From the NCBI RefSeq assembly GCF_058153355.1, contig NZ_CM177019.1: a DNA stretch of 64,000 nucleotides, one strand, 5' to 3'. This document shows positions 31,135 through 43,264 of this stretch, one piece after another. A program made the translations under genes and the position numbers. The notes beneath the pieces are model-generated. The model had not been told where the DNA came from. It saw nothing but the letters and a program-made list of their open reading frames with translations, and ran no database searches. Every line of letters starts with the position of its first letter. Within the stretch, counting starts at the first letter, position 1.

Positions 31135-32610
31135 TTAAATATGATGAATAATCACTTTGTTGCCCCCCTCGCTTTTCGCTTCGCGTAAGGCTTTATCTGC
31201 TTCCGTCATGACAAGCGAGATATTACGCGTGTCACCCGTTGAAAAAACCGTGCCAATACTGATGGTCATTTGTTCAGGAACATCATATCTGTTACTAAAA
31301 CCGGTCAGGAGTTCGACATTTTTACGCATACGTTCCGCAATGATTTTTGCCTGGGCACTATTGAGTTCGGTAAATAGCAAGCCAAACACCTCACCCTCCA
31401 GTCGCGCTAAAATATCATCGGGGCGGATGCTTTGCTGGATAATATCGACAATTGAAACCAGCACTTTATCACCCACACGATGTCCCCATTGGGCATTGAT
31501 GCGCTTGAACTGATTAATATCAACCAGCATGACACAAAAGTCCTTAACAACAGGTCGCGACAATAATGACTCTACGCTGTTGAAAAAGTAGCGCCGATTA
31601 TAAATATTGGTCAGTACATCATGAACTGCCAGTTTGCTGGAGAGTTGCAGTTCCTGAAAAATGTTATAAATCAGAAAAGACACAACAAACAGTTTACTGG
31701 AAACTTCAATCCCGCGACTGATATACCAGATGGTGTAATTATACTCATCCAGAGTCAGTAGAAGTAAGTTGCAGCATAGCGATGCCAGACATAATAATGC
31801 TATTAACGGCCATAGTTCGCTGGCTAATCGTGTACGCATGATAATAAAGAACAGTAAAAATGCCCACAAACAAACCAATATTTTTGTATAGTTGATTCCC
31901 CAGGTCGCAGTATGGTTGTCCGGACAGTAATCGACGACATACAAAGAATAGTCAGCGTTATAACTGCTCAGATTGTGTGCCAGAAGGGGGAAAACTAAAA
32001 AAGGAATCAGCGCCAGCAACAGAATGCCAGTTTTTTTCTTATTGTTGTCAAGGATGTTGTCTTTCCCATAACAAAAGAGCGCCAGCGAGGTTAAACAAAT
32101 GAAACTGAGTTGGCGGAAAATATAGAAAATAGAAACATCATTCGACTTTGTCTGGATCAGTGTACTGCCGTTGATTGGTTTATGGATAATTACAATGGTT
32201 TCAACTAAATAGATAAGGCCACTTAAAAATGCAAGGCTTAAAATGAGTGTTGGTAAAATTTGTTTGTTAGTGAAATACTTCATTAACATGAAAAGAAAAA
32301 TGACGGCGTTAAGGAAAAACAAAGCCACAACAACCATCAGGTAATTCATCTGTGGAATGAGTTTTACATTCGTGTTTTCGTTATATAAGGTGGTGATGCA
32401 AAATAAAATTAACGTCAGCAATAAGCTGAAAATAAAAAAGCCTTGAGCTTTTAATTTTTGTGTACCCATAGAAACCATAAAAAGGAGAGCAATGTGAGTG
32501 CTGGATTTTATTGATGGCAGAGATATATGGTTTTGACCAGGATCAATTTTCGTTGACGATAAAAAATAATTAAAGAATAACCCCAGGGAAATACGTGTTG
32601 ACCGAATCAT
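31135..32610 (-). CDS. dgcI: GGDEF-domain protein with degenerate active-site motif (EGEVF)
   Basis: 491-aa ORF, multi-TM N-terminus plus GGDEF domain in which the GG(D/E)EF motif reads EGEVF (ARLEGEVFGLLF); paralog of the adjacent dgcJ. Confidence 0.88.
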   Translation of the reverse strand: MIRSTRISLGLFFNYFLSSTKIDPGQNHISLPSIKSSTHIALLFMVSMGTQKLKAQGFFIFSLLLTLILFCITTLYNENTNVKLIPQMNYLMVVVALFFLNAVIFLFMLMKYFTNKQILPTLILSLAFLSGLIYLVETIVIIHKPINGSTLIQTKSNDVSIFYIFRQLSFICLTSLALFCYGKDNILDNNKKKTGILLLALIPFLVFPLLAHNLSSYNADYSLYVVDYCPDNHTATWGINYTKILVCLWAFLLFFIIMRTRLASELWPLIALLCLASLCCNLLLLTLDEYNYTIWYISRGIEVSSKLFVVSFLIYNIFQELQLSSKLAVHDVLTNIYNRRYFFNSVESLLSRPVVKDFCVMLVDINQFKRINAQWGHRVGDKVLVSIVDIIQQSIRPDDILARLEGEVFGLLFTELNSAQAKIIAERMRKNVELLTGFSNRYDVPEQMTISIGTVFSTGDTRNISLVMTEADKALREAKSEGGNKVIIHHI

Positions 32611-32756
32611 TTTTCCGAATGATTGTTTTCTGAAACTAAATTGTGTAAAGGTTATGCTGTCATATTTAAAGCGATTGTAAGCTAATGTATGTAATAAATG
32701 AGATAATTTACAGTGAGCTAAAAATCAGCCAGGCGATAATGACCCGGCTGACAGTT

Positions 32757-34052
<1,296 letters not shown>

Positions 34053-34152
34053 CTACATTTGCCAACTGTTTGCTACGCCTGTGTTGCCGCTTCTCTGGCC
34101 CACGGTTCGCTGTCGTTGTAGGCCCGGTAGCATGCGTACCGGGCCATGGTTG

Positions 34153-36087
34153 TTAAGACGATTTACGTACGCGCAAATACCATTCGCACAGTAAACGCAC
34201 CTGTTTACGGGTGTAGCCTTTTTCCATCATACGGTCGACAAAATCGTCGTGTTTCTTCTGCTCGTCGGTTGACGTTTTGGCGTTAAACGAAATAACTGGC
34301 AACAGCTCCTCGGTATTAGAGAACATTTTCTTCTCAATAACCGTGCGCAGTTTTTCATAGCTGGTCCAGTTCGGATTGCGTCCGCTGTTATTCGCTCTGG
34401 CGCGCAGTACGAAGTTGACAATCTCGTTGCGGAAATCTTTTGGATTACTGATCCCCGCCGGTTTCTCAATTTTCTCTAGCTCAGCGTTGAGAGATTCGCG
34501 GTCAAATAGCTGCCCGGTATCCGGGTCGCGATACTCCTGATCCTGAATCCAGAAATCTGCATACGTGACATAACGGTCAAAAATGTTTTGTCCATATTCA
34601 GAATAGGATTCAAGATACGCAGTCTGAATCTCTTTACCGATAAACTCGGCATATTTCGGAATCAAGTAACCTTTCAGGAACTCGAGATAACGCTCAGCCT
34701 GCTCCTGAGGGAACTGCTCGCGCTCGATCTGCTGTTCCAGGACGTAGAACAGATGAACAGGGTTTGCTGCCACTTCCACGTGGTCGAAGTTGAACACGCG
34801 AGAGAGGATCTTAAACGCAAAACGCGTGGACAGACCGTTCATCCCTTCATCAACGCCTGCGTAGTCTCGATATTCCTGATACGACTTGGCTTTCGGATCG
34901 GTGTCTTTCAGACTTTCGCCATCATAAACCCGCATCTTCGAATAAATGCTGGAGTTTTCCGGCTCTTTCAGACGCGAAAGAATGGAAAAACGAGACAGCG
35001 TTTCCAGCGTGCCAGGTGCGCATGGGGCGTGAGTCAGTTCACTGTGATTAAGCAATTTCTCGTAGATTTTGATCTCTTCGGAAATACGCAAGCAATATGG
35101 CACCTTCACGATATAAACACGATCGAGGAAGGCTTCGTTGTTCTTGTTATTACGGAAAGTGACCCATTCGGATTCGTTCGAATGGGCGAGAATAATCCCG
35201 TTAAACGGCAGGGCGGAGATACCTTCCGTCCCGTTGTAGTTACCTTCCTGAGTGGCGGTTAACAGGGGATGCAGCACTTTAATCGGTGCTTTAAACATCT
35301 CGACAAACTCCATGATCCCCTGGTTGGCGCGGCATAGTGCACCGGAATATCCGTAGGCGTCCGGATCGTTCTGCGCGTAGTGTTCGAGTTTACGGATATC
35401 GACTTTCCCTACCAGCGCTGAGATGTCCTGGTTGTTCTCATCGCCAGGTTCCGTTTTGGCGATAGCAATTTGTTGCAGAATTGACGGCCAGACCTTTACC
35501 ACCCGGAACTTAGTAATATCGCCACCAAATTCATGCAGGCGTTTTGCTGCCCACGGCGACATGATGGTGCCAAGATAGCGTCGAGGAATGCCATACTCTT
35601 TTTCCAGAATCTGCGCATCTTCTTGCGGATTGAAAAGACAGAACGGATGATCGTTGACCGGGCTCCGCTCACCGTTAGCGCTTAATACATAGATCGGCAC
35701 GAGCTGCATTAATGATTTCAGTCGCTCAGCAAGCGATGATTTACCCCCACCCACAGGCCCCAGCAGATACAGGATTTGTTTCTTCTCCTCCAGCCCCTGA
35801 GCCGCGTGTTTCAGATAAGAGACAATCTGTTCAATCGCGTCTTCCATGCCGTAAAACTCTTCAAAGGCCGGGTAACGTGCAATGACCCGGTTAGAAAAGA
35901 GTCGAGAAAGTCTGGGTTCCTGGGCTGTATCGACCATGACAGGCTCACCGATAGCCATCAATAGCCGCTCAGCCGCGTTGGCATAAGCACTGCGATCTTG
36001 CCGACAAGTGGTAAGAAACTCCTGCAGTGTGAACTCTTCGTCCTTGGCAGCTTCATATCGCTGGCGATAGTGATCGAATATATTCAT
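34153..36087 (-). CDS. yeaG: PrkA-family serine protein kinase
   Basis: 644-aa ORF with Walker A (GPVGGGKSS) and PrkA AAA/kinase architecture; long 435-bp upstream region consistent with a complex promoter. Confidence 0.93.
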   Translation of the reverse strand: MNIFDHYRQRYEAAKDEEFTLQEFLTTCRQDRSAYANAAERLLMAIGEPVMVDTAQEPRLSRLFSNRVIARYPAFEEFYGMEDAIEQIVSYLKHAAQGLEEKKQILYLLGPVGGGKSSLAERLKSLMQLVPIYVLSANGERSPVNDHPFCLFNPQEDAQILEKEYGIPRRYLGTIMSPWAAKRLHEFGGDITKFRVVKVWPSILQQIAIAKTEPGDENNQDISALVGKVDIRKLEHYAQNDPDAYGYSGALCRANQGIMEFVEMFKAPIKVLHPLLTATQEGNYNGTEGISALPFNGIILAHSNESEWVTFRNNKNNEAFLDRVYIVKVPYCLRISEEIKIYEKLLNHSELTHAPCAPGTLETLSRFSILSRLKEPENSSIYSKMRVYDGESLKDTDPKAKSYQEYRDYAGVDEGMNGLSTRFAFKILSRVFNFDHVEVAANPVHLFYVLEQQIEREQFPQEQAERYLEFLKGYLIPKYAEFIGKEIQTAYLESYSEYGQNIFDRYVTYADFWIQDQEYRDPDTGQLFDRESLNAELEKIEKPAGISNPKDFRNEIVNFVLRARANNSGRNPNWTSYEKLRTVIEKKMFSNTEELLPVISFNAKTSTDEQKKHDDFVDRMMEKGYTRKQVRLLCEWYLRVRKSS

Positions 36088-36522
36088 GGTATGCCGTCCT
36101 TTCGTTTTTTAGCACAGGTTAAGAGCCGTTCATATGAATAGTAGAGGCTCCCGGAAGAGGTAAACTGAACGACGTCTCTTGCTAAAACACAGCAACTCTC
36201 ATGCCATTTTAACGACGATGAGAACAACGTGCCCGGTGATACACCTTCAAAATTAAGCGTAGATGGCAAATGGAAAACTTGCCTGCACGGCTTTCTTAAT
36301 TTCAATGGCATATCAACAACTCATCCATAAAATTTGCATAATTAATGTAAAGACCAGGGTCGCCAGTAACGCGTAATTCATTTGGCTGTAAGCGTGGTGT
36401 CATCTGCGTCAGGAAAATTAAACAGTTACTTTAAAAAATGAAAACGTAAAAAGGTTGGGTTTCGATGTATTGACGGGTAAACTTTGTCGCCCGCTAAACA
36501 TTTGTTTAAGGAATGATTAATT

Positions 36523-37269
36523 GTGACCAAACTCAAACTTCTGGCACTTGGAGTGCTTATCGCAACGTCTGCAGGCGTAGCGCACGCTGAAGGTAAATTT
36601 TCCCTGGGCGCAGGCGTAGGTGTCGTTGAACACCCATATAAAGATTACGATACCGATGTTTACCCAGTACCGGTAATCAACTATGAAGGCGATAACTTCT
36701 GGTTCCGTGGCTTAGGTGGTGGTTACTACCTGTGGAATGACGCAACGGATAAACTTTCAATTACCGCTTACTGGTCGCCGCTTTACTTCAAAGCTAAAGA
36801 CAGTGGCGATCACCAAATGCGTCACCTGGATGACCGTAAGAGCACCATGATGGCTGGTCTGTCTTATGCTCACTTTACCCAGTACGGTTACCTGCGTACC
36901 ACCCTGGCTGGCGATACCCTGGATAACAGCAACGGCATCGTCTGGGATATGGCCTGGTTGTATCGTTACACCAACGGTGGCCTGACCGTGACTCCGGGTA
37001 TTGGTGTGCAGTGGAACAGCGAAAACCAGAACGAATACTATTATGGCGTATCGCGCAAAGAGTCCACTCGCAGCGGTCTGCGTGGCTATAACCCGAACGA
37101 CAGCTGGAGCCCTTACCTGGAGCTGAGTGCCAGCTACAACTTCCTCGGTGACTGGAGTGTTTACGGTACCGCGCGCTACACCCGTCTGTCTGATGAAGTT
37201 ACTGACAGCCCAATGGTGGATAAATCCTGGACTGGCCTGATTTCTACCGGGATCACCTACAAATTCTGA
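36523..37269 (+). CDS. mipA: MltA-interacting outer-membrane protein
   Basis: 248-aa ORF, GTG start, signal peptide (MTKLKLLALGVLIATSAGVAHA) and C-terminal aromatic beta-barrel signature (ITYKF). Confidence 0.92.
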   Translation: MTKLKLLALGVLIATSAGVAHAEGKFSLGAGVGVVEHPYKDYDTDVYPVPVINYEGDNFWFRGLGGGYYLWNDATDKLSITAYWSPLYFKAKDSGDHQMRHLDDRKSTMMAGLSYAHFTQYGYLRTTLAGDTLDNSNGIVWDMAWLYRYTNGGLTVTPGIGVQWNSENQNEYYYGVSRKESTRSGLRGYNPNDSWSPYLELSASYNFLGDWSVYGTARYTRLSDEVTDSPMVDKSWTGLISTGITYKF

Positions 37270-37302
37270 TAATGCATCTTTCCAGGGCATTTTGTGCATA
37301 AA

Positions 37303-37326
37303 AACAGGGCGTAATGCCCTGTTTTG
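37303..37326 (+). terminator. rho-independent terminator after mipA
   Basis: AACAGGGC-GTAAT-GCCCTGTT hairpin followed by TTTT, about 35 bp after the mipA stop. Confidence 0.65.
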
Positions 37327-37358
37327 CATTACGGTGGTGCAATACCTGGGAGGAAACA

Positions 37359-38213
37359 ATGCAACAAAAAATGATTCAATTTAGTGGCGATGTCTCACTG
37401 CCAGCCATAGGGCAGGGAACATGGTATATGGGCGAAGATGCCAGTCAGCGTAAAACAGAAGTTGCTGCACTACGCGCGGGCATTGAACTCGGTTTAACCC
37501 TCATTGATACCGCCGAAATGTATGCCGATGGCGGTGCCGAAAAAGTGGTTGGGGAAGCATTAACCGGTCTGCGTGAGAACGTCTTTCTCGTCTCTAAAGT
37601 CTATCCGTGGAATGCTGGCGGGCAAAAAGCGATAAATGCATGCGAAGCCAGTTTACGCCGTCTCAATACTGATTATCTCGATCTCTACTTATTACACTGG
37701 TCTGGCAGTTTCGCTCTCGAAGAGACTGTCGCAGCGATGGAAAAATTGATCGCCCAGGGAAAAATCCGCCGCTGGGGCGTTTCTAACCTTGATTATGCCG
37801 ATATGCAGGAACTCTGGCAGCTGCCGGGGGGAAATCAGTGTGCCACTAATCAGGTGCTTTACCATCTCGGTTCACGAGGGATTGAGTATGATCTACTCCC
37901 CTGGTGCCAGAAACAGCAGATGCCGGTGATGGCTTACAGTCCATTAGCCCAGGCCGGGCGGTTGCGCAATGGACTGTTAAAAAATGCGGTAGTCAACGAA
38001 ATTGCACATGCTCACAATATCAGTGCGGCACAAGTATTGTTGGCGTGGGTAATCAGCCATCAGGGTGTGATGGCGATTCCAAAAGCGGCAACTGTCGCAC
38101 ATGTCCAACAAAATGCGGCTGTGCTTGAGGTTGAACTTTCGTCAGCGGAATTAGTTATGCTGGATAAAGCGTATCCGGCACCAAAAGGAAAAACTGCGCT
38201 GGATATGGTGTGA
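37359..38213 (+). CDS. yeaE: aldo-keto reductase (methylglyoxal reductase)
   Basis: ORF 37314-38213; start at ATG 37359 after SD GGGAGG (MQQKMIQFSGDVSLPAIGQGTWYMGED...) giving 284 aa. Confidence 0.9.
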   Translation: MQQKMIQFSGDVSLPAIGQGTWYMGEDASQRKTEVAALRAGIELGLTLIDTAEMYADGGAEKVVGEALTGLRENVFLVSKVYPWNAGGQKAINACEASLRRLNTDYLDLYLLHWSGSFALEETVAAMEKLIAQGKIRRWGVSNLDYADMQELWQLPGGNQCATNQVLYHLGSRGIEYDLLPWCQKQQMPVMAYSPLAQAGRLRNGLLKNAVVNEIAHAHNISAAQVLLAWVISHQGVMAIPKAATVAHVQQNAAVLEVELSSAELVMLDKAYPAPKGKTALDMV

Positions 38214-38263
38214 TGTTGATACGTGCCGGATGCATCGCACCCGGCACACAATATTAACGCAAA

Positions 38264-39148
38264 TTAACGTTTCGCAACGCGAATGGATTGCGCCAGATGT
38301 GCAGGTTTCTCTTTGGTGACTTTTTGCGTTTCTGAAGCGTATGCCGTTTCTACACAAACAAAGGTCTTGTAGCCATCATCCGGCATATCGCCCATGCTAA
38401 CTGAAAGCGCCGGTCCTGGGTTCCAGCCTACAACGTTCAGATGATGCTGGTGGCCTACGGCGATAATACGATTCAGCGCTTCGTCATTAATTACGCTGCA
38501 ATCTTGCGGATTCAGATACACGCGATCGGTACGGTCAGGGAAGGTCTGAATACCGTCGGTCAGTACATCTTCTTTCGCGTCATTTACTTTATCAATGAAG
38601 CGATCGCCTAGTCCACTGACGCTTACCTTAGCGATATCACCCACGTTAAAGTAGGTATGCAGAGCAGAGGTAGTTTCAAATTCGCCGTGTGCTTCAAGAT
38701 CGATTTCACAGGCTTTACCTACGCGGAAATGCGCTAACAGCGTAAAGTCGTGCGGCCAGAATTTTTTCGTCTCTTCGCTTTGTGTCAATTCAAAAGTCAG
38801 CGCTACACCATCAGCATCTTCACGATGTGATTTCAGCGTCCACGGCAGGTTGCGGGCAAAACCGTGCGCAGGCAGACCTTGTTGTGCAGCCGGACCAAAC
38901 CACGGCCAGCAAACCGGTATGCCACCGCGAATGGCGACGCCATTTTTGAACGGTGTGTTGTTACTCAACCACAGAACTTCTTCTTCACCCGCAGGTTTCC
39001 ACGAGAGAAGGTGTGCGCCCTGTAATGCAAAAGAGGCTTTTACCTGGGGATGATCGACCACAATGAGGTCCAGTTCATCCAGTTTACGACGGGAGAGGAC
39101 AGGGGAGATTTGTTCGATGACCGGAAGGGCAAAAATTTTCTTAATCAT
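38264..39148 (-). CDS. yeaD: glucose-6-phosphate 1-epimerase (aldose 1-epimerase family)
   Basis: ORF 38264-39169; start at ATG 39146-39148 (MIKKIFALPVIEQISPVLSRRKLDEL...) giving 294 aa. Confidence 0.9.
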   Translation of the reverse strand: MIKKIFALPVIEQISPVLSRRKLDELDLIVVDHPQVKASFALQGAHLLSWKPAGEEEVLWLSNNTPFKNGVAIRGGIPVCWPWFGPAAQQGLPAHGFARNLPWTLKSHREDADGVALTFELTQSEETKKFWPHDFTLLAHFRVGKACEIDLEAHGEFETTSALHTYFNVGDIAKVSVSGLGDRFIDKVNDAKEDVLTDGIQTFPDRTDRVYLNPQDCSVINDEALNRIIAVGHQHHLNVVGWNPGPALSVSMGDMPDDGYKTFVCVETAYASETQKVTKEKPAHLAQSIRVAKR

Positions 39149-39178
39149 GACGCAGTCCTTTAACTTCATTTTATCAGG

Positions 39179-39210
39179 TAAAAAAAAGAGCGACCGAAGT
39201 CGCTCTTTTT
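39179..39210 (-). terminator. rho-independent terminator after gapA
   Basis: AGAGCGAC-CGAA-GTCGCTCT hairpin flanked by A8 (plus strand) and T5; on the minus-strand gapA transcript the stem is followed by a U-run. Confidence 0.8.
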
Positions 39211-39231
39211 AGATCACAGAGTCATCTCAAC

Positions 39232-40239
<1,008 letters not shown>

Positions 40240-40568
40240 CTATTTGTTAGTGAATAAAAGGTTGCCTGTAAAATTACAAAAACCTTACGCAGCGTCAAGC
40301 GGAATCGTGTCAATCATTGCGACAAATCAATCCTGTGCCTAAGCATTATGCGACTGACTCGCCTCACTCTTCCTTTGGGCTTGAGACCACATGGGGTCGG
40401 CGCCCCGAATTTTAAAGGGCAATTACGATAAAAATGTGATTTTCATCACGATTTAGGTGCAGCCATTTCGTCGAGATCAAGTTTAGGACAAAATTTTGCC
40501 AGTTGGTGTTAATGTTTTGTTGGAATCAGTCACGTAATGTGAGTACGATTAAAGTGAGATGTGAGCAA

Positions 40569-40982
40569 ATGGCTAATAAACCTTCGGCAGAAGAACTGAA
40601 AAAAAATTTGTCCGAGATGCAGTTCTACGTGACGCAGAATCATGGGACAGAGCCGCCATTTACGGGTCGTTTACTGCATAACAAGCGTGACGGCGTATAT
40701 CACTGTTTGATCTGCGATGCCCCGCTGTTTCATTCCCAAACCAAGTATGATTCCGGCTGTGGTTGGCCCAGTTTCTACGAACCGGTGAGTGAAGAATCCA
40801 TTCGTTATATCAAAGACTTGTCACATGGAATGCAGCGCATAGAAATTCGTTGCGGTAACTGTGATGCCCATCTGGGGCATGTCTTCCCCGACGGGCCGCA
40901 GCCAACGGGTGAACGTTATTGTGTTAACTCAGCCTCTTTACGCTTTACCGATGGCGAAAACGGCGAAGAAATCAACGGTTGA
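40569..40982 (+). CDS. msrB: peptide methionine-(R)-sulfoxide reductase
   Basis: ORF 40503-40982; start at ATG 40569 ([33 protein letters not shown]...) giving 137 aa; zinc-binding CxxC pairs (CLICDAP, CGNCDAH). Confidence 0.93.
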
Positions 40983-41023
40983 AAAAACGATTCAGCAACT
41001 TATTCCACAGGAGCGGAAAAATT

Positions 41024-41296
41024 ATGAATCTTGATGACATTATCAACAGCATGACGCCTGATGTATACCAGCGTTTGTCGACTGCCGTTGAGCTGGGGAA
41101 ATGGCCCGATGGCGTTGCGCTGACCGAGGAACAAAAAGAGAACTGCCTACAGCTGGTGATGCTGTGGCAAGCCCGCCATAATACCGAAGCACAGCATATG
41201 ACAATTGACACACATGGTCAGATGGTTATGAAGAGCAAACAACAGTTAAAAGAAGATTTTGGTATCTCAGCAAAGCCTATTGCCATGTTTAAATGA
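41024..41296 (+). CDS. yeaC: DUF1315-family protein
   Basis: ORF 40979-41296; start at ATG 41024 after SD GGAGCGG (MNLDDIINSMTPDVYQRLSTAVELGKWPDG...) giving 90 aa. Confidence 0.85.
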   Translation: MNLDDIINSMTPDVYQRLSTAVELGKWPDGVALTEEQKENCLQLVMLWQARHNTEAQHMTIDTHGQMVMKSKQQLKEDFGISAKPIAMFK

Positions 41297-41464
41297 TTGA
41301 ATTATTCAGCTTTTTGAGTCTGTTATTAAGTGCGAACAAAAATACTTGTTTGACGTCTTGATTGTTCGATTTAGCGGTTGATAGGTTAAATGCAACACTG
41401 ACGAGTATAACCTGGCCTACGATGTCAATGAGGAAATGTAGGCCAGAGATGTATTCAACTAATA

Positions 41465-42106
41465 TTACTCCTGCGTCTCTTCCCAGTCTGCCAGCGTATA
41501 TAGCGTTGCCCCAGCTGCTGACATCTCCATAAACGCGTGCGCACTGTCCTGTGGCTGGATATTCACGCCACGACAACCATCGGTAATCACATTAACCTTA
41601 TAACCTAACTGTAACGCGTCCAGCACGGTAAACTTCACGCAATAGTCAGTAGCCAGGCCCATAATGATCAATTCATCGATTTCATGATCGCGTAACCAGT
41701 CATCGAGCGTGGTTTTCTGCCGACGGCCGTTATCAAAAAAGGCACTGTAACTGTCAACTAAAGGATTTTCGCCTTTATGGAACACCGCTGCGATCGCTTT
41801 TTGGTTCAGTAACGGATGTAATTGTGCGCCTTCACTGTTCTGCACACAGTGATCTGGCCAGAAGGTTTGTGGCAAACCGTCGAGTTGGCCTGGCGTATAA
41901 GGCTCTACACCGTGCTGACTGGCAAAACTGCCGTGATTCGCCGGGTGCCAGTCTTGACTGGCGATAACCGCTTCACCGCGCGACTGGCACCAGTCAATCA
42001 GGCGGTTAGCGACATCCACCGTACTGTCACCTTCCGGCACGGCGAGCGCGCCACCAGCACAGAAATCATTTTGTAAATCGACCAGTAACAGGGCGCGAGG
42101 GGGCAT
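41465..42106 (-). CDS. pncA: nicotinamidase / pyrazinamidase
   Basis: ORF 41465-42124; start at ATG 42104-42106 (MPPRALLLVDLQNDFCAGGALAV...) giving 213 aa. Confidence 0.93.
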   Translation of the reverse strand: MPPRALLLVDLQNDFCAGGALAVPEGDSTVDVANRLIDWCQSRGEAVIASQDWHPANHGSFASQHGVEPYTPGQLDGLPQTFWPDHCVQNSEGAQLHPLLNQKAIAAVFHKGENPLVDSYSAFFDNGRRQKTTLDDWLRDHEIDELIIMGLATDYCVKFTVLDALQLGYKVNVITDGCRGVNIQPQDSAHAFMEMSAAGATLYTLADWEETQE

Positions 42107-42116
42107 TGCAGTCTCC

Positions 42117-43133
42117 TTAATCATCCGGCGTCAGTTCGCCGCGCAGGTTTTGGCTCATGGCCTTGCGAATGGTTTCAGTATCCAGTTCCTGGCTAAGCAG
42201 GTAATGCAGTTTGGTTAGCGTGGCTTCTACAGTCATATCTGCACCGCCAATAACGCCGGCATGGGCGAGGGCGTTACCGGTGGCATAACCCCCCATGTTC
42301 ACTTTACCGGACATACATTGTGTCAGGTTGACTACCACAATTCCGCGATCGCTGGCTTCTTGTAATTCTTGCAGGAAGGCTTTGTTTTGTGGCGCATTAC
42401 CCACGCCATATGAGCGCAGAATCAATGCTTTCACCGGTTGGCGCAGAAAATTGCGCACGACGTCAGCAGAAATCCCCGGATAAATCGTCACTACGCCAAT
42501 TGGTTGTGGGGTGATTGGATGAACGATCAATTCCCCTTCACCGTGCGGGGCTGGGGGGGTATTCAAACGACGAATGTGGATACCTGCTTCCAGTAACGGA
42601 GGAAGGTTTGGAGAGGCAAACGCATCAAAACCATCGGCATGGGCTTTGGTGGTACGGTTGCCACGATAAAGTCGATTATTAAAAAAGAGAGTTACTTCGT
42701 TGATAGGATAATTCGCCGCAACGTACAACGCATTCAGCAGATTAATTTGTCCGTCAGAGCGTAACTCAGCCAGCGGGATTTGTGACCCTGTCACAATGAC
42801 CGGTTTACCGAGATTCTCGAGCATGAACGACAGCGCAGAGGCGGTATACGCCATCGTGTCGGTGCCGTGCAGAATGACAAAACCATCATAGTCGTCATAA
42901 TGCGCTTTAATATCTTCAGCAATATGCTGCCAGTCTTCTGGCGTCATATCTGAAGAGTCCATCAGCGGCGTATATTCATGAATGGTGAAATCTGGCATCT
43001 CCGGGCGATGGAATTCCGGCATCAGCGCCAGTTGGCGTTGTAGATGACCTGACACCGGAATATAACCCTGCTCGGAACGCTGCATCCCGATGGTCCCGCC
43101 CGTGTAGGCGACGTAAATTGATTTCTTTTGCAT
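42117..43133 (-). CDS. ansA: cytoplasmic L-asparaginase I
   Basis: 338-aa ORF MQKKSIYVAYTGGTIGMQRSEQGYIPVSGHLQRQLALMPEFHRPEMPDF...; asparaginase TGGTIG motif. Confidence 0.95.
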   Translation of the reverse strand: MQKKSIYVAYTGGTIGMQRSEQGYIPVSGHLQRQLALMPEFHRPEMPDFTIHEYTPLMDSSDMTPEDWQHIAEDIKAHYDDYDGFVILHGTDTMAYTASALSFMLENLGKPVIVTGSQIPLAELRSDGQINLLNALYVAANYPINEVTLFFNNRLYRGNRTTKAHADGFDAFASPNLPPLLEAGIHIRRLNTPPAPHGEGELIVHPITPQPIGVVTIYPGISADVVRNFLRQPVKALILRSYGVGNAPQNKAFLQELQEASDRGIVVVNLTQCMSGKVNMGGYATGNALAHAGVIGGADMTVEATLTKLHYLLSQELDTETIRKAMSQNLRGELTPDD

Positions 43134-43264
43134 GATATTGATATGAATGATATCGAAAGAGCAAAAGTATATACGTGAGGGGCAGCGAGCGCACCTGGTT
43201 ACTCTGTGGATATGAGAAAAGTCCGGCAGAACGGAGGGATTAGTGTCCCGCCGGAGAAAAGTGG

